A stretch of DNA of 64,000 nt from an uncultured Streptococcus sp. (GTDB taxonomy: Bacteria > Bacillota > Bacilli > Lactobacillales > Streptococcaceae): NCBI GenBank assembly GCA_963521495.1, contig CAUQVK010000001.1, positions 34,221-98,220 on the forward strand. The letters are read 5' to 3'. Positions within the stretch are counted from its first letter, which is position 1, and the number at the start of each line of letters is the position of its first letter. Shown piece by piece: positions 54,477 to 64,000 of the stretch. A model generated the notes under the pieces. It had not been told where the DNA came from. It saw only the letters and a list, made by a program, of their open reading frames with translations, and searched no databases. The translations under genes and the position numbers were made by a program.

Positions 54477-55643
54477 TTAAGCCTGACGCTGACCAAAGTC
54501 CTTAATCATCTGATCCATTTCTTGTCGACTCGGAGTTGTCAGCATATAAAGGTAATCTCCTTGAAGTTCTGCGAAGGCCGCTGGCATGATTTTTTTAACC
54601 TTGAACTGCTGGCTATATTTGGCAAGCAAGTCCTCCTCAGAATAGACATAATGAGCATTTGCACGGCGAGAAGTAGCCAAACAATACTGAGGTTCAAAGT
54701 CTGAAACTGGGAATTCCTCTCCTGCGACAATGGCTGCATAGCCACGATAGAGGTCCAAGGAATGGGCAAAGTTATAAACATCAATGGTAAAACCACCTGC
54801 AGGACGGTTATTGTACTCAATGGCAATATAATCGTCTCCTTCACGGAAGAACTCAATATGGAAGAACCGTTCTTTCATACCAAATTCTTTGACAATCGCT
54901 TCACCATACTTGCGTAGTTTGGGATCCATATCCTTGAGTACATAGTAGGAATTGTCCATCTTGTAAATCATGAGATCAAGCGGTGTGTAGGCATAATCAA
55001 AGGTCGTTGAGAAGACAATCTTTCCATCTTTGTCCACAAGACCATCAAAGGTACAAATTTCGCTAGAGGTGACAAATTTCTCAAAGAAATAAATAGTTGA
55101 ATGATCCCATTCAGACTTGAAGTGATTGATATCGTCAGCTGTCTCAAGCTTGAAGGTTGCGGCTGCTCCCACTCCATTATCAGGTTTGGCAATCATTGGC
55201 AGACCGATTTCTTTCACTGCTTGATCAACATCTGTTTCCGTCTTGATAACAGCTCCAGGTACCACAGGGACACCTGCTTTTTTGAACAGTTTCTTCATTT
55301 CAGACTTATATTTAGTCTTTTTGAGATCCTCTGATTTGGCACCAAAAACATTGAATTGTTCTCTGAGTGCTGCGTCCAGCTCTAGCCAATATTCATTGTG
55401 GGACTCGATACGGTCAATTGGACCATGTTTATAGAAAAGGAAAGCAACTGCTCTCTTGACTTCATCTATATTTTCAAGATTGTCCACACGGAAATATTCG
55501 GTCAAACTATTGCGTAATGATTCATCCAATTGCTCGTAAGGCTCTTGACCAATTCCCAAGACTGTGATGCCTTTATTGGCTAGCTCAATCGTAAACTGTT
55601 GAAAGTTTTGTGGATAGTAGGGAGAAATAACAAGGTAATTCAT
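54477..55643 (-). CDS. ATP-grasp domain protein (putative carboxylate-amine ligase)
   Basis: KSEMKKLFKKAGVP, IAKPDNGVGA, FFEKFV, FFHIEFF, IEYNNRPAGG. Confidence 0.88.
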   Translation of the reverse strand: MNYLVISPYYPQNFQQFTIELANKGITVLGIGQEPYEQLDESLRNSLTEYFRVDNLENIDEVKRAVAFLFYKHGPIDRIESHNEYWLELDAALREQFNVFGAKSEDLKKTKYKSEMKKLFKKAGVPVVPGAVIKTETDVDQAVKEIGLPMIAKPDNGVGAAATFKLETADDINHFKSEWDHSTIYFFEKFVTSSEICTFDGLVDKDGKIVFSTTFDYAYTPLDLMIYKMDNSYYVLKDMDPKLRKYGEAIVKEFGMKERFFHIEFFREGDDYIAIEYNNRPAGGFTIDVYNFAHSLDLYRGYAAIVAGEEFPVSDFEPQYCLATSRRANAHYVYSEEDLLAKYSQQFKVKKIMPAAFAELQGDYLYMLTTPSRQEMDQMIKDFGQRQA

Positions 55644-55655
55644 AGGTAACTCCTT

Positions 55656-56396
55656 TTATAAATAGAGATTGCCGAGGAAATAAGGCATTTGTTTGCGCCA
55701 CCATTCCCAGTCGTGAGCGACATCGTGTCCCCATTCAGCAAACCAGGCTGGGATTTGTTTCTGGTCAAAGGCTTCTTTGAGCTTATAGAAAGATGGTAGA
55801 CCGTCTTGTTCCCAGGCACCGAGACCCGTACAAAGCACAATCTCTGCCTGACGATAACGGTCAATAAACCAGCCGTCGTTCTGGTTCCAGATATAATCTA
55901 CTGGCGAGTTTTGGTAAATAGCATCATCATTGTAGTAATCGCCGACAAAGAAACGTGCGTCGTAAACACCACTAAGAGCTATCACCTTGGTAAAGACATC
56001 TGGATGCTGAAGGAAGAAATTGACAGCATGGTAGGCGCCCATTGAGCAACCTGTCGTCATCATGCCATCAAACCAACCTGTCTTGTGCTTGATAAAAGGA
56101 ATGGCCTCCTCAATCACATAGCGCTCGTAGGCACGGTGCATCTCTGCTTGGTCGTGACCATTTTTCCAAGTGGCCAACCAGCTCTCACTGTCTACACTGG
56201 ATAGGGTAAAGAACTGAACACGGCCTTCCTCGATAAAGGAAGCACAGGCATCAATCATGCCAAAATCATAGTATTCGTTGTGACTACCACCTGATGAAGC
56301 AAAGACCACAACTGGAATCCCAGCATGACCATAACGGTTAAGGTACATTTCACGGTTAAGATGACCACTCCAGTGGCTAAGATGTTCAATATGCAT
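55656..56396 (-). CDS. Alpha/beta-hydrolase, esterase family
   Basis: GCSMG nucleophile elbow, ALSGVYD, HDWEWW. Confidence 0.88.
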   Translation of the reverse strand: MHIEHLSHWSGHLNREMYLNRYGHAGIPVVVFASSGGSHNEYYDFGMIDACASFIEEGRVQFFTLSSVDSESWLATWKNGHDQAEMHRAYERYVIEEAIPFIKHKTGWFDGMMTTGCSMGAYHAVNFFLQHPDVFTKVIALSGVYDARFFVGDYYNDDAIYQNSPVDYIWNQNDGWFIDRYRQAEIVLCTGLGAWEQDGLPSFYKLKEAFDQKQIPAWFAEWGHDVAHDWEWWRKQMPYFLGNLYL

Positions 56397-56414
56397 ATTT
56401 TCTCCTTTCTTACT

Positions 56415-57239
56415 TTACCAGTTTTCTGCAAAAAATCTCAGACAGTCTGGTAAATTCTCCGACCAAGGGATTTCACTATGGATGGCACCAGACTGAACTT
56501 TCAAAACAAGATTGCCCAAGTGTACTCCCCCTGCTATCAAATCATGATAATAGCGAAGCGATGAGTCGATATAGGCTTGTTTGATATTGCCAGCCATCAA
56601 GGTCTTATCTGTATCATCCGCTTCTTCCGTTCCTACATAGATGAAGATGCGCTGGTCAGGCGATAGTTGCTGACGCTCGATATAGCGGTTAAAGGCTTCT
56701 TGGTGGAGCCAGTTAGCAGATGAAAAGACCCCTAGACAACCAATTTGGTCTTGGTATTCCAAACCGATAAACTGGGTAATATTGCCGCCTAGTGAGGAAC
56801 CAATCATAGCCGTATGCTGGCGGTCAGCTTTGGTACGGTAGGTCTCATCGATAAAAGGTTTGACTACCTCCATGACAAACTCAGAATATTCCACACCCTT
56901 ACCGCCAAACTGCTGCCCCGGAATAGGAGATTCTTGGAACTTCCATGCCGCATACTCATTCATCCGCCCCATACCATCATTGTCAATGGCAACGACAATC
57001 ATGCGACTGATATCCGGATTGCGCTTAATAGCTGGGATAATCTTCCATGAATGACCAATAAAGGACTCTTTACTATAAAAAACATTTTGCCCGTCATGAA
57101 AATAGACAACAGGGTATCTACGGTCTGTGTCTTTCTCATAATCTTTAGGCAGAAGAACACGTACACGGCGCTCCTTACCAGTATAAGGAACCTTGAGTTT
57201 ATGTTCTTTCATTTTTAAATAAAAGTAGGAATGATTCAT
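56415..57239 (-). CDS. Alpha/beta-hydrolase, Fes/IroE-like putative esterase
   Basis: YPVVYFHDGQN, GSSLGG, YVGTEE, HSEIPW; start uncertain (57239, 57212 or track 57263). Confidence 0.86.
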   Translation of the reverse strand: MNHSYFYLKMKEHKLKVPYTGKERRVRVLLPKDYEKDTDRRYPVVYFHDGQNVFYSKESFIGHSWKIIPAIKRNPDISRMIVVAIDNDGMGRMNEYAAWKFQESPIPGQQFGGKGVEYSEFVMEVVKPFIDETYRTKADRQHTAMIGSSLGGNITQFIGLEYQDQIGCLGVFSSANWLHQEAFNRYIERQQLSPDQRIFIYVGTEEADDTDKTLMAGNIKQAYIDSSLRYYHDLIAGGVHLGNLVLKVQSGAIHSEIPWSENLPDCLRFFAENW

Positions 57240-57274
57240 TGTCAGAAAACTCTCTATATTCAAAATTTTACCTT

Positions 57275-57285
57275 ATTATATCACA
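57275..57285 (-). promoter_or_regulatory. Extended -10 promoter of the esterase/ATP-grasp operon
   Basis: TGTGATATAAT just downstream of the thiI terminator (57295-57340). Confidence 0.7.
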
Positions 57286-57374
57286 ATTATAGAAAAAAAG
57301 TTAGTTTTGCTTCCATTTTTGGATTAAAAACTAACTTTTTAATTTATTTTTCTAAATTCTTTTGGATTTTCTGA

Positions 57375-58589
57375 TTAGAGCAGATTAGCAATCAAGTTAT
57401 CGACTTCATCTTTTTCAGCCTGCGGTGTGATCTCAGTGATCATAATTCCTGCCACTGCTCGCTCAACCAAGCCTTCGACATCCATACGCGCTTCGTACTG
57501 CTCCGCATTCTTAATCTTAGGATTTGTTTTTGGACGATCTGGTGCAAAAATGGTACAACAGTCTTCAAACGGTTGGATTGAAATGTCAAAGGTGTCAATT
57601 TCCTGAGCGATGTCAATGATTTCCAGCTTATCCATGGTCACAACTGGACGTATGATAGGAGTATTGGTAACGGCATTGATAGCCTGCATGCTTTCGAGGG
57701 TTTGGCTGGCTACTTGACCTAGACTTTCACCATTGATGATAACTAAACCATTTCGCTCCTCACGGATACGGTCGGTAATCCGCATCATAAAGCGACGAGT
57801 TAGAGTCATCAAATAAGCTTCTGGCGCCTTAGCCTTGATTTCTTCTTGAATCTCAGTGAAAGGCACTTCGATAAACTGGATATTGCCCCCAAACTTGGTC
57901 AATTTTCGAGTCAAATCTTGGGCTTTTTTAAGAGCACCAGGACTCGTGTAAGGTGGACTGGCAAAATGAACTGCCTCAATATCTACCCCTCGTTTAAGAG
58001 CTAGATAACCTGCTACAGGTGAGTCAATCCCTCCTGACAACATAAGCATGCCTTTACCTGAAGTTCCTACTGGCAAACCACCAGCCCCACGAATGGTTTC
58101 ATAAGAAAGATAGGCTGCTTCTTCACGGATCTCCACCTGAAGATTGATGTCAGGACTTTTCATTTGAGCTTGCACATTTGGAATGGCTTCGAATACAGCC
58201 CCTCCAAGTGTTTGGTTGAGTTCACGACTGTCGAGTTCAAAGTTGTGGTCGCTACGCTTGCTAGAGATTTTAAAGGTCATGCCATCCTTGTAGATGTCCT
58301 GCATAATCTCTTGGACAGCAGACTTCAGAACTTCTACAGATTTTTCAACCTTATAAACAGGGGAAAAGTTTTGAATTCCAAAAACTTGTTTGAGCGATTC
58401 TGCTACTACTGTGTAATCAGCTCCATTGAGGTATGCGTGGGCACGGTCACGATCTGCGGTTACCTTAACTTGGGGATAGATAGACAAAACGTCTGAAATA
58501 TTATTACGAAGTTTATTGATGAAACGCATACGGTTTTTACCCTTGGTTGACAGCTCACCGTAGCGAATCATAATTTCTGAATATTGCAT
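57375..58589 (-). CDS. thiI: tRNA 4-thiouridine synthase ThiI (THUMP plus PP-loop, no rhodanese domain)
   Basis: [37 protein letters not shown]. Confidence 0.97.
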   Translation of the reverse strand: MQYSEIMIRYGELSTKGKNRMRFINKLRNNISDVLSIYPQVKVTADRDRAHAYLNGADYTVVAESLKQVFGIQNFSPVYKVEKSVEVLKSAVQEIMQDIYKDGMTFKISSKRSDHNFELDSRELNQTLGGAVFEAIPNVQAQMKSPDINLQVEIREEAAYLSYETIRGAGGLPVGTSGKGMLMLSGGIDSPVAGYLALKRGVDIEAVHFASPPYTSPGALKKAQDLTRKLTKFGGNIQFIEVPFTEIQEEIKAKAPEAYLMTLTRRFMMRITDRIREERNGLVIINGESLGQVASQTLESMQAINAVTNTPIIRPVVTMDKLEIIDIAQEIDTFDISIQPFEDCCTIFAPDRPKTNPKIKNAEQYEARMDVEGLVERAVAGIMITEITPQAEKDEVDNLIANLL

Positions 58590-58597
58590 GAATGCTC

Positions 58598-59740
58598 CTA
58601 TCTTACTTTTCTAGTTTGATTGTAAATTAATTTTAGCTTGGTCAAAAACTGCTCTACCTGACTCATATCATTTTCAAGGTCTAGGCTAAGACGCACAGCT
58701 GACTGGGCCTTATCTTTATCCACTCCCATTGCAATCAAGGTACCTGCAGGTTTCCCTGCCTTGGACGAACAAGCAGAGGTCGTTGAAATGAAAATATCAT
58801 AGTCTTCAAAGGCGTGAACGATGACTTCACCACGAACACCCTTGATTCCAAAAGTCAGGATATGGGGGGCAAAGCCTTCCTCATCTGAAAAGACAAAAAT
58901 ATCTGGATAATCCAGAAGTGCTTGACGAATCACTGCCTTCATCTGTCCAGTCTTGCTCCTAAAGATATCTAGCTTTTCCATAGACAAACGGAGCGCCTTG
59001 GCTGTGGCTGTAATACCAGCTACATTTTCAGTCGTCGAACGATAATCACCCTCCTGACCCCCACCAGTTAGTAGAGGTGTGATTTTCTTCCCTGACTTGA
59101 TGTATACAAAACCAACACCACGAACTCCGTGGAACTTGTGGCTAGAGAAGGTTGCGAAATCCACTCGTTCTGTCAGATACTTTTCAGTCGGAATCTTGGC
59201 AAGCGCCTGAACCGCATCAACGTGGAAGGAAATAGTCGGCTTGTCTGCTAACAGTTCTGAAATAGCTTGAATAGGTTGAATCGAGCCAATTTCATTGTTA
59301 ACTGCCATGATAGAAACGAGGGTCGTATCTGATCGTATCAAATCTGCTAGCGCCTCAACATCCACAAATCCTTTGTTATCAACTGGAGCAAAATCCACTT
59401 CAAATCCTTGACTTTTCAACCAGAGGGCTGATTCCTTAACTGCTGGATGTTCAATGGCTGATACGATGATGTGCTTGCCAAACTGGGCTTTTTCAAAGGC
59501 CACACCCTTGATGACCCAGTTATCTCCTTCTGTCCCACCAGATGTAAAGAAGATTTCATCACTTTTCTTACCGATTAAATCTGCAATCTGTTGACGGGAA
59601 GCATCTAAAATTCGTGTTGCCTGGTCTCCCAAACGGTGGAGACTAGATGGATTTCCTAAAATTTTTGAAGCGACCTGCATATAAGTTTCAAGGGCTTCAG
59701 GATAGGGCTTGGTCGTCGCCGAATTATCAAAGTAAATCAT
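58598..59740 (-). CDS. Cysteine desulfurase (NifS/NifZ-like) paired with thiI
   Basis: [36 protein letters not shown] 59740 preferred over track 59809. Confidence 0.94.
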   Translation of the reverse strand: MIYFDNSATTKPYPEALETYMQVASKILGNPSSLHRLGDQATRILDASRQQIADLIGKKSDEIFFTSGGTEGDNWVIKGVAFEKAQFGKHIIVSAIEHPAVKESALWLKSQGFEVDFAPVDNKGFVDVEALADLIRSDTTLVSIMAVNNEIGSIQPIQAISELLADKPTISFHVDAVQALAKIPTEKYLTERVDFATFSSHKFHGVRGVGFVYIKSGKKITPLLTGGGQEGDYRSTTENVAGITATAKALRLSMEKLDIFRSKTGQMKAVIRQALLDYPDIFVFSDEEGFAPHILTFGIKGVRGEVIVHAFEDYDIFISTTSACSSKAGKPAGTLIAMGVDKDKAQSAVRLSLDLENDMSQVEQFLTKLKLIYNQTRKVR

Positions 59741-59819
59741 GTTTCTCACGCTTTCTAAAGTCACTTCTTCTATTGTATCACGAAACAGTTCAGGCGACAA
59801 GAAAGGCAATACAGGTTCA

Positions 59820-59851
59820 TTTAAGTTTTTTTTAAAGATTTTAGGTATAAT
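59820..59851 (+). promoter_or_regulatory. CiaR box plus -10 for the downstream membrane-anchored protein
   Basis: TTTAAG-N5-TTTAAA-N9-TATAAT. Confidence 0.7.
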
Positions 59852-59875
59852 GTAGCATAGTAAAGGAGAGAATGT

Positions 59876-60289
59876 ATGTCTAACTATCGTAGAAATTCAA
59901 AAACAAAAACAGAACATATTAAAACAGGATTTACTGTCTTTCAAAAAACCGTTGCTACTATCGGTAGTATCCTTGGCTTGATTACTGCTAGTATCACTAT
60001 CATGAACGCCTTGGATAATAACAAAAATACTAAAAAAGAACCTACGACAAGCCAGACGACAACCATTGTCAAAGAAATTCAAAAGGAAGCCCCTAAGGAA
60101 AACACCAGTCCCAATAAGGAAACTAACACTACCCAAGAAAAAACACAACAAGAAGAAACTCCAAAATCTAGCGTCAAGGAAGAGAAAATAACTACTCAGG
60201 ACTCTTCTAAGCCTACTACAAATAAAGAAACAAGTGATTCTGGAACACAGTCAAATACTCCAACTTCAGAAAATAAAAGCAATCAATAG
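59876..60289 (+). CDS. Single-TM hypothetical protein with low-complexity T/E/K/S-rich tail
   Basis: AAAGGAG RBS; TM VATIGSILGLITASITIM; disordered C-terminus. Confidence 0.85.
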   Translation: MSNYRRNSKTKTEHIKTGFTVFQKTVATIGSILGLITASITIMNALDNNKNTKKEPTTSQTTTIVKEIQKEAPKENTSPNKETNTTQEKTQQEETPKSSVKEEKITTQDSSKPTTNKETSDSGTQSNTPTSENKSNQ

Positions 60290-60294
60290 CCAGT

Positions 60295-60333
60295 AAAATA
60301 GCTTCCCTCCAAACTTGGAAAGAAGCTATTTTT
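60295..60333. terminator. Bidirectional terminator
   Basis: aaaatagcttc / gaagctatttt between convergent genes. Confidence 0.8.
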
Positions 60334-60334
60334 A

Positions 60335-62644
60335 TTATTCTTGCAATACTTTACGAGGTTTTGTTCCTTCAGCTGGACCAATGACGCCAGCCATCTCCAA
60401 TTCTTCCATGAGACGGGTAGCACGATTAAAACCAACTGACAAACGACGTTGAATCATGGATGCACTAGCTTTCTGGGTTTCAATGACAAGAGCCTTTGCT
60501 TCCTCAAAAAGCGGATCACCACCAGTTTCACCATCTGAAAATTCTCCATCATTATCTGATACTTCACCTGGATCAAAACTATCATCATAATCTGCATCTG
60601 CTTGTTCCTTTATAAAGTTAACGATCCGTTCAACATCATCATCCGAGATAAAGGATCCTTGGAGACGAACAGGATGATTTTCATCAATTGGTTTAAAGAG
60701 CATATCTCCTCGACCAAGTAGTTTCTCAGCTCCATTTTCATCCAAAATGGTTCGTGAGTCTGTACCCGAAGAAACAGCAAAAGCTACACGGGATGGCACA
60801 TTTGCCTTGATAAGACCAGATATGACATCAACCGATGGACGCTGAGTTGCAAGAATCATGTGAATACCAGCAGCACGCGCCTTTTGCCCAAGACGAATAA
60901 TGGCATCTTCAACTTCCTTACTCGCCACCATCATTAGGTCAGCCAACTCATCCACTATCACGACAATGAGAGGTAGTGGAATTTGTTTATATTCAGATTG
61001 TGCATTGAATTCCTCCACTTTAGCATTGAAGCCTGCAATATTACGAACGCCAACCTTGGCAAAAAGTTCATAGCGATTTTCCATCTCATCCACCACTTTT
61101 TGAAGAGCCTTACTAGCCTTTCGTGGATTTGTAACTACTGGAATTAAAAGATGAGGAATGTCATTATAGACGGACAATTCAACCATCTTAGGATCGACCA
61201 TCATAAACTTGACTTGATCAGGTCTAGCCTTCATGAGAATACTTGCAATAATACCGTTTACTGCGACTGATTTCCCTGAACCGGTCGAACCTGCAACGAG
61301 CAAATGAGGCATTTTCGATAGATCGAAAGTTCTAGCTGTCCCGTTAACTGCTTTTCCAAGAGGAATCTCTAAGAGATTTTCTGGTTTTGTTTGAGATTGT
61401 TCCCAGAGCTCACGGAAAGAGACGGTTGCAATCTCAGAATTAGGTACCTCGATACCAACTAGGGATTTTCCTGGAATAGGTGCTTCAATTCGGACATCTT
61501 TTGCTGCTAAGGCTAGAGCCAAGTCATCCGCTAAGTTAGAAATGCGGTTAACCCTCACTCCCACTGCTGGCTTGACTTCATACTTGGTAACAGATGGTCC
61601 AATTTCAGCTCGTTCAACTGTTACCTTGATACCAAAGCTAGCAAAGGTTTCTTCAAGGATTTTGATATTTTCTCGGACAATTTTCTTTTCTTTAGATTGA
61701 TCCTTTGGTTTGTCAGGTGCAAAGAGTTGTAAACTTGGAAGTTTGTATTCGATTGCTTCCTTTGCAGAAAAATCAACCTGTAGATCTTGATCCTCAAATT
61801 CTACTTCCATATCTGGAATTTCAAATTCAGGTTGAGGAAGGATAATCTCAGGTTCAATCCATTCTTCTTCAGGAATTGGTGAGACATCATCCATAGAAAT
61901 TTCCGATAAGATTTCTCCTGTTTCCATATCTACAGGAAGCATAGTAGACAAAGCCTGTTCTGCATCATCTTTTTCTTTTTCTAGTCTTGCTTGCTCTTCA
62001 GCTTTTAAGCGAGCCTTTTCTTCTTGCAGAACAAATCGTTCTTGTTTTCGTCTTTCATGACCTTCCAACCATTTTGCAAATCCTCTACTGATAAATTCAG
62101 CGATATCATAAACAGACCAGGGACTCATTATTAGAGCTCCAGTTAGAATGAGCAAAGCTCCAACAAAAAATGTACCGATATTAGATAAAAGAAAGGCTAT
62201 TGGAAGATAAAGCCCAACACCAATCAATCCTCCTCCAGCAAAACTGCTTGCACGAAAACCAGTCAAATCCGTTACAATCTGGGACATGGTTCCTTTAAAG
62301 ATAGACTGTTCTATGTTGTAATTCCAGACTAGATAGGCTTCAAAAATCAGAAGCAAACCTGCAAATATAGTTAAAAATCCAGATAGAAGTCCCTCATATT
62401 TTCTGATCCACTTAAATAAAAAGAGGTAGATTAGGAGAGTAAAAATTGCCAGATAGGCTAAACTTCCAACTAATAGTCGAATAAGATTGTAAAGAGTAAT
62501 CCCTACTGCACCGAGCTGTAGGGCTGCAAACATTAACAAGAAGGCAATTCCTAAGGAAATTAGCATCCTTTGGATCGCCTGCTTTCTTTCTAGTTCTGCT
62601 TTAGACGGTCTCCGTCTCGTTTTTGTAGTATTCTTATTTGCCAT
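60335..62644 (-). CDS. ftsK: DNA translocase FtsK/SpoIIIE
   Basis: N-terminal TMs, [30 protein letters not shown], gamma domain [15 protein letters not shown] 62644. Confidence 0.97.
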   Translation of the reverse strand: MANKNTTKTRRRPSKAELERKQAIQRMLISLGIAFLLMFAALQLGAVGITLYNLIRLLVGSLAYLAIFTLLIYLFLFKWIRKYEGLLSGFLTIFAGLLLIFEAYLVWNYNIEQSIFKGTMSQIVTDLTGFRASSFAGGGLIGVGLYLPIAFLLSNIGTFFVGALLILTGALIMSPWSVYDIAEFISRGFAKWLEGHERRKQERFVLQEEKARLKAEEQARLEKEKDDAEQALSTMLPVDMETGEILSEISMDDVSPIPEEEWIEPEIILPQPEFEIPDMEVEFEDQDLQVDFSAKEAIEYKLPSLQLFAPDKPKDQSKEKKIVRENIKILEETFASFGIKVTVERAEIGPSVTKYEVKPAVGVRVNRISNLADDLALALAAKDVRIEAPIPGKSLVGIEVPNSEIATVSFRELWEQSQTKPENLLEIPLGKAVNGTARTFDLSKMPHLLVAGSTGSGKSVAVNGIIASILMKARPDQVKFMMVDPKMVELSVYNDIPHLLIPVVTNPRKASKALQKVVDEMENRYELFAKVGVRNIAGFNAKVEEFNAQSEYKQIPLPLIVVIVDELADLMMVASKEVEDAIIRLGQKARAAGIHMILATQRPSVDVISGLIKANVPSRVAFAVSSGTDSRTILDENGAEKLLGRGDMLFKPIDENHPVRLQGSFISDDDVERIVNFIKEQADADYDDSFDPGEVSDNDGEFSDGETGGDPLFEEAKALVIETQKASASMIQRRLSVGFNRATRLMEELEMAGVIGPAEGTKPRKVLQE

Positions 62645-62724
62645 TCTTCTATTATACCACATTTGACAGGTATTTCGGTATGTGAAAAAGATTGCCCCAT
62701 ATTATGATGACAATCTTTCTTATT

Positions 62725-64000
62725 TTATGCCTTATTTTCCGCTTGGGGTTTGCGTAGGTAACCATAGACTACACCACTTACGATTGCTCCTACCAAGACA
62801 GAAACGAGGTAAAGAAGGGCATTTGAAGTAAGGGCAATAACGAAGATTCCTCCGTGTGGCGCCATGAGTTTGATACCAGTAAGACCAACGAGGCCACCTG
62901 CTACTGCTGAACCAAGGATGAAGCTTGGAATCGCACGAGCTGGGTCAGCGGCACCAAATGGAATCGCTCCCTCAGTGATAAATGACAAGCCCATGATGAT
63001 GTTTGTCAAACCAGAGTTACGTTCTTCCTTAGTAAATTTATCTTTGAAAAGAAGAGTTGAGACAAAGATGGCAAGCGGTGGAACCATTCCTCCAGCCATA
63101 ACTGCTGCCATGGCTACAGAACCACCTGAAGAAACAGTTGCTGCAAGCGTACCTGTACCAAAGACATAGGCTGCTTTGTTAACTGGTCCACCCATGTCAA
63201 CAGCCATCATTCCACCAAGGACGATACCAAGAAGGACAGCTGAACCTCCTCCAAGACCGCCTAGGAAGTCATTCATAGCAGTGTTGATTGCTGCCATTGG
63301 GATATTAACAGCTAGCATGACAAATCCAGTCAAGATTGTTCCAAGAAGTGGCAAAAGAAGAATTGATTTAGCACCTTCAAGTGAACGAGGAACTTTCACG
63401 TATTTCTTGATAGCAAGAACCAAGGCACCTGCGATAAATCCACCAACAAGGGCACCTAGGAAACCAGATGAGACACCTGCAAGAGTTGAAGTTGCTTCAC
63501 CACCTGCGGCATAAGGAATTTTACCAAAGGCAAAACCTTCTTTGGCAATAGCACCAGCCACGAAACCTGCTACCAAACCTGGTTTTTCAGCGATAGAGTA
63601 GGCAACATAACCTGCAAAAACTGGAAGCATCAAACCAAAGGCAGCTCCACCAATTTTCATGAACATAGAAGCTAGTTCATGGTAGGAACCAAGATTACCA
63701 AGGTTTTCATTTGGAACACCCAAAGCACCATCAATCAAGAAGGCAAGGGCAATCATGATACCACCACCGATAACGAATGGCAACATTTGAGATACACCAC
63801 TCATCAAGTGTTTGTAGAAGGCACCACCAAGGCTTTGTTTTTCGTTAGAGACTGTTGCACCTTTTGCTCCATTAGCAGCACGGTAGACTTCAGCATCTCC
63901 TGAAAGAACCAAGTTGATCAATTCTTCTGTCTTACGGATACCGTCAGCAACCGGACGATTGATCAATGGTTTACCATCGAAACGATCCATTTCAACGGCC
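62725..64000 (-). CDS. fruA: PTS fructose-specific EIIABC, C-terminal part (IIB end plus IIC; runs off window end)
   Basis: HLMSGVSQMLPFVIGGG, DMGGPVNKAA, FITEGAIPF, APHGG. Confidence 0.94.
   Translation of the reverse strand, partial: AVEMDRFDGKPLINRPVADGIRKTEELINLVLSGDAEVYRAANGAKGATVSNEKQSLGGAFYKHLMSGVSQMLPFVIGGGIMIALAFLIDGALGVPNENLGNLGSYHELASMFMKIGGAAFGLMLPVFAGYVAYSIAEKPGLVAGFVAGAIAKEGFAFGKIPYAAGGEATSTLAGVSSGFLGALVGGFIAGALVLAIKKYVKVPRSLEGAKSILLLPLLGTILTGFVMLAVNIPMAAINTAMNDFLGGLGGGSAVLLGIVLGGMMAVDMGGPVNKAAYVFGTGTLAATVSSGGSVAMAAVMAGGMVPPLAIFVSTLLFKDKFTKEERNSGLTNIIMGLSFITEGAIPFGAADPARAIPSFILGSAVAGGLVGLTGIKLMAPHGGIFVIALTSNALLYLVSVLVGAIVSGVVYGYLRKPQAENKA

Overview
Chromosomal core-genome window from a mitis-group Streptococcus. 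Most proteins resemble pneumococcal orthologues as I recall them, but the ATP synthase c-subunit allele looks S. mitis/oralis-like. Gene content in order: pyk(partial)-pfkA-dnaE, pepX-argR, obgE, the glycolipid synthases lafA/cpoA, rpoD-dnaG, a Trp T-box-controlled ABC transporter, ppc, ftsW, prsA/O-methyltransferase/pepF/coiA, an orphan AliB-like peptide-binding lipoprotein, the complete atp operon, a U32-family gene, guaA, gntR, cppA, a glpF-like channel, an esterase-esterase-ATP-grasp operon, thiI with a cysteine desulfurase, ftsK and fruA(partial). Small repeats are one RUP, one full and one truncated BOX, and a nested-palindrome element. I saw no CRISPR array, prophage, IS transposase, rRNA or tRNA. 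Best leads: (1) an accessory 1802-aa YSIRK/LPNTG surface protein downstream of guaA, with an Ig-like chain, collagen segment, CxC, basic RSARRARS motif and an upstream C9 tract; (2) a self-contained, functionally unassigned two-esterase plus ATP-grasp operon; (3) a decayed tandem copy of the pepX 3' end with a 131-bp near-identical core whose frame overlaps the argR start; (4) a Trp-containing mini-ORF with a strong RBS behind the Trp T-box. Family assignments rest on motif recognition and recalled orthologues; no searches were run.
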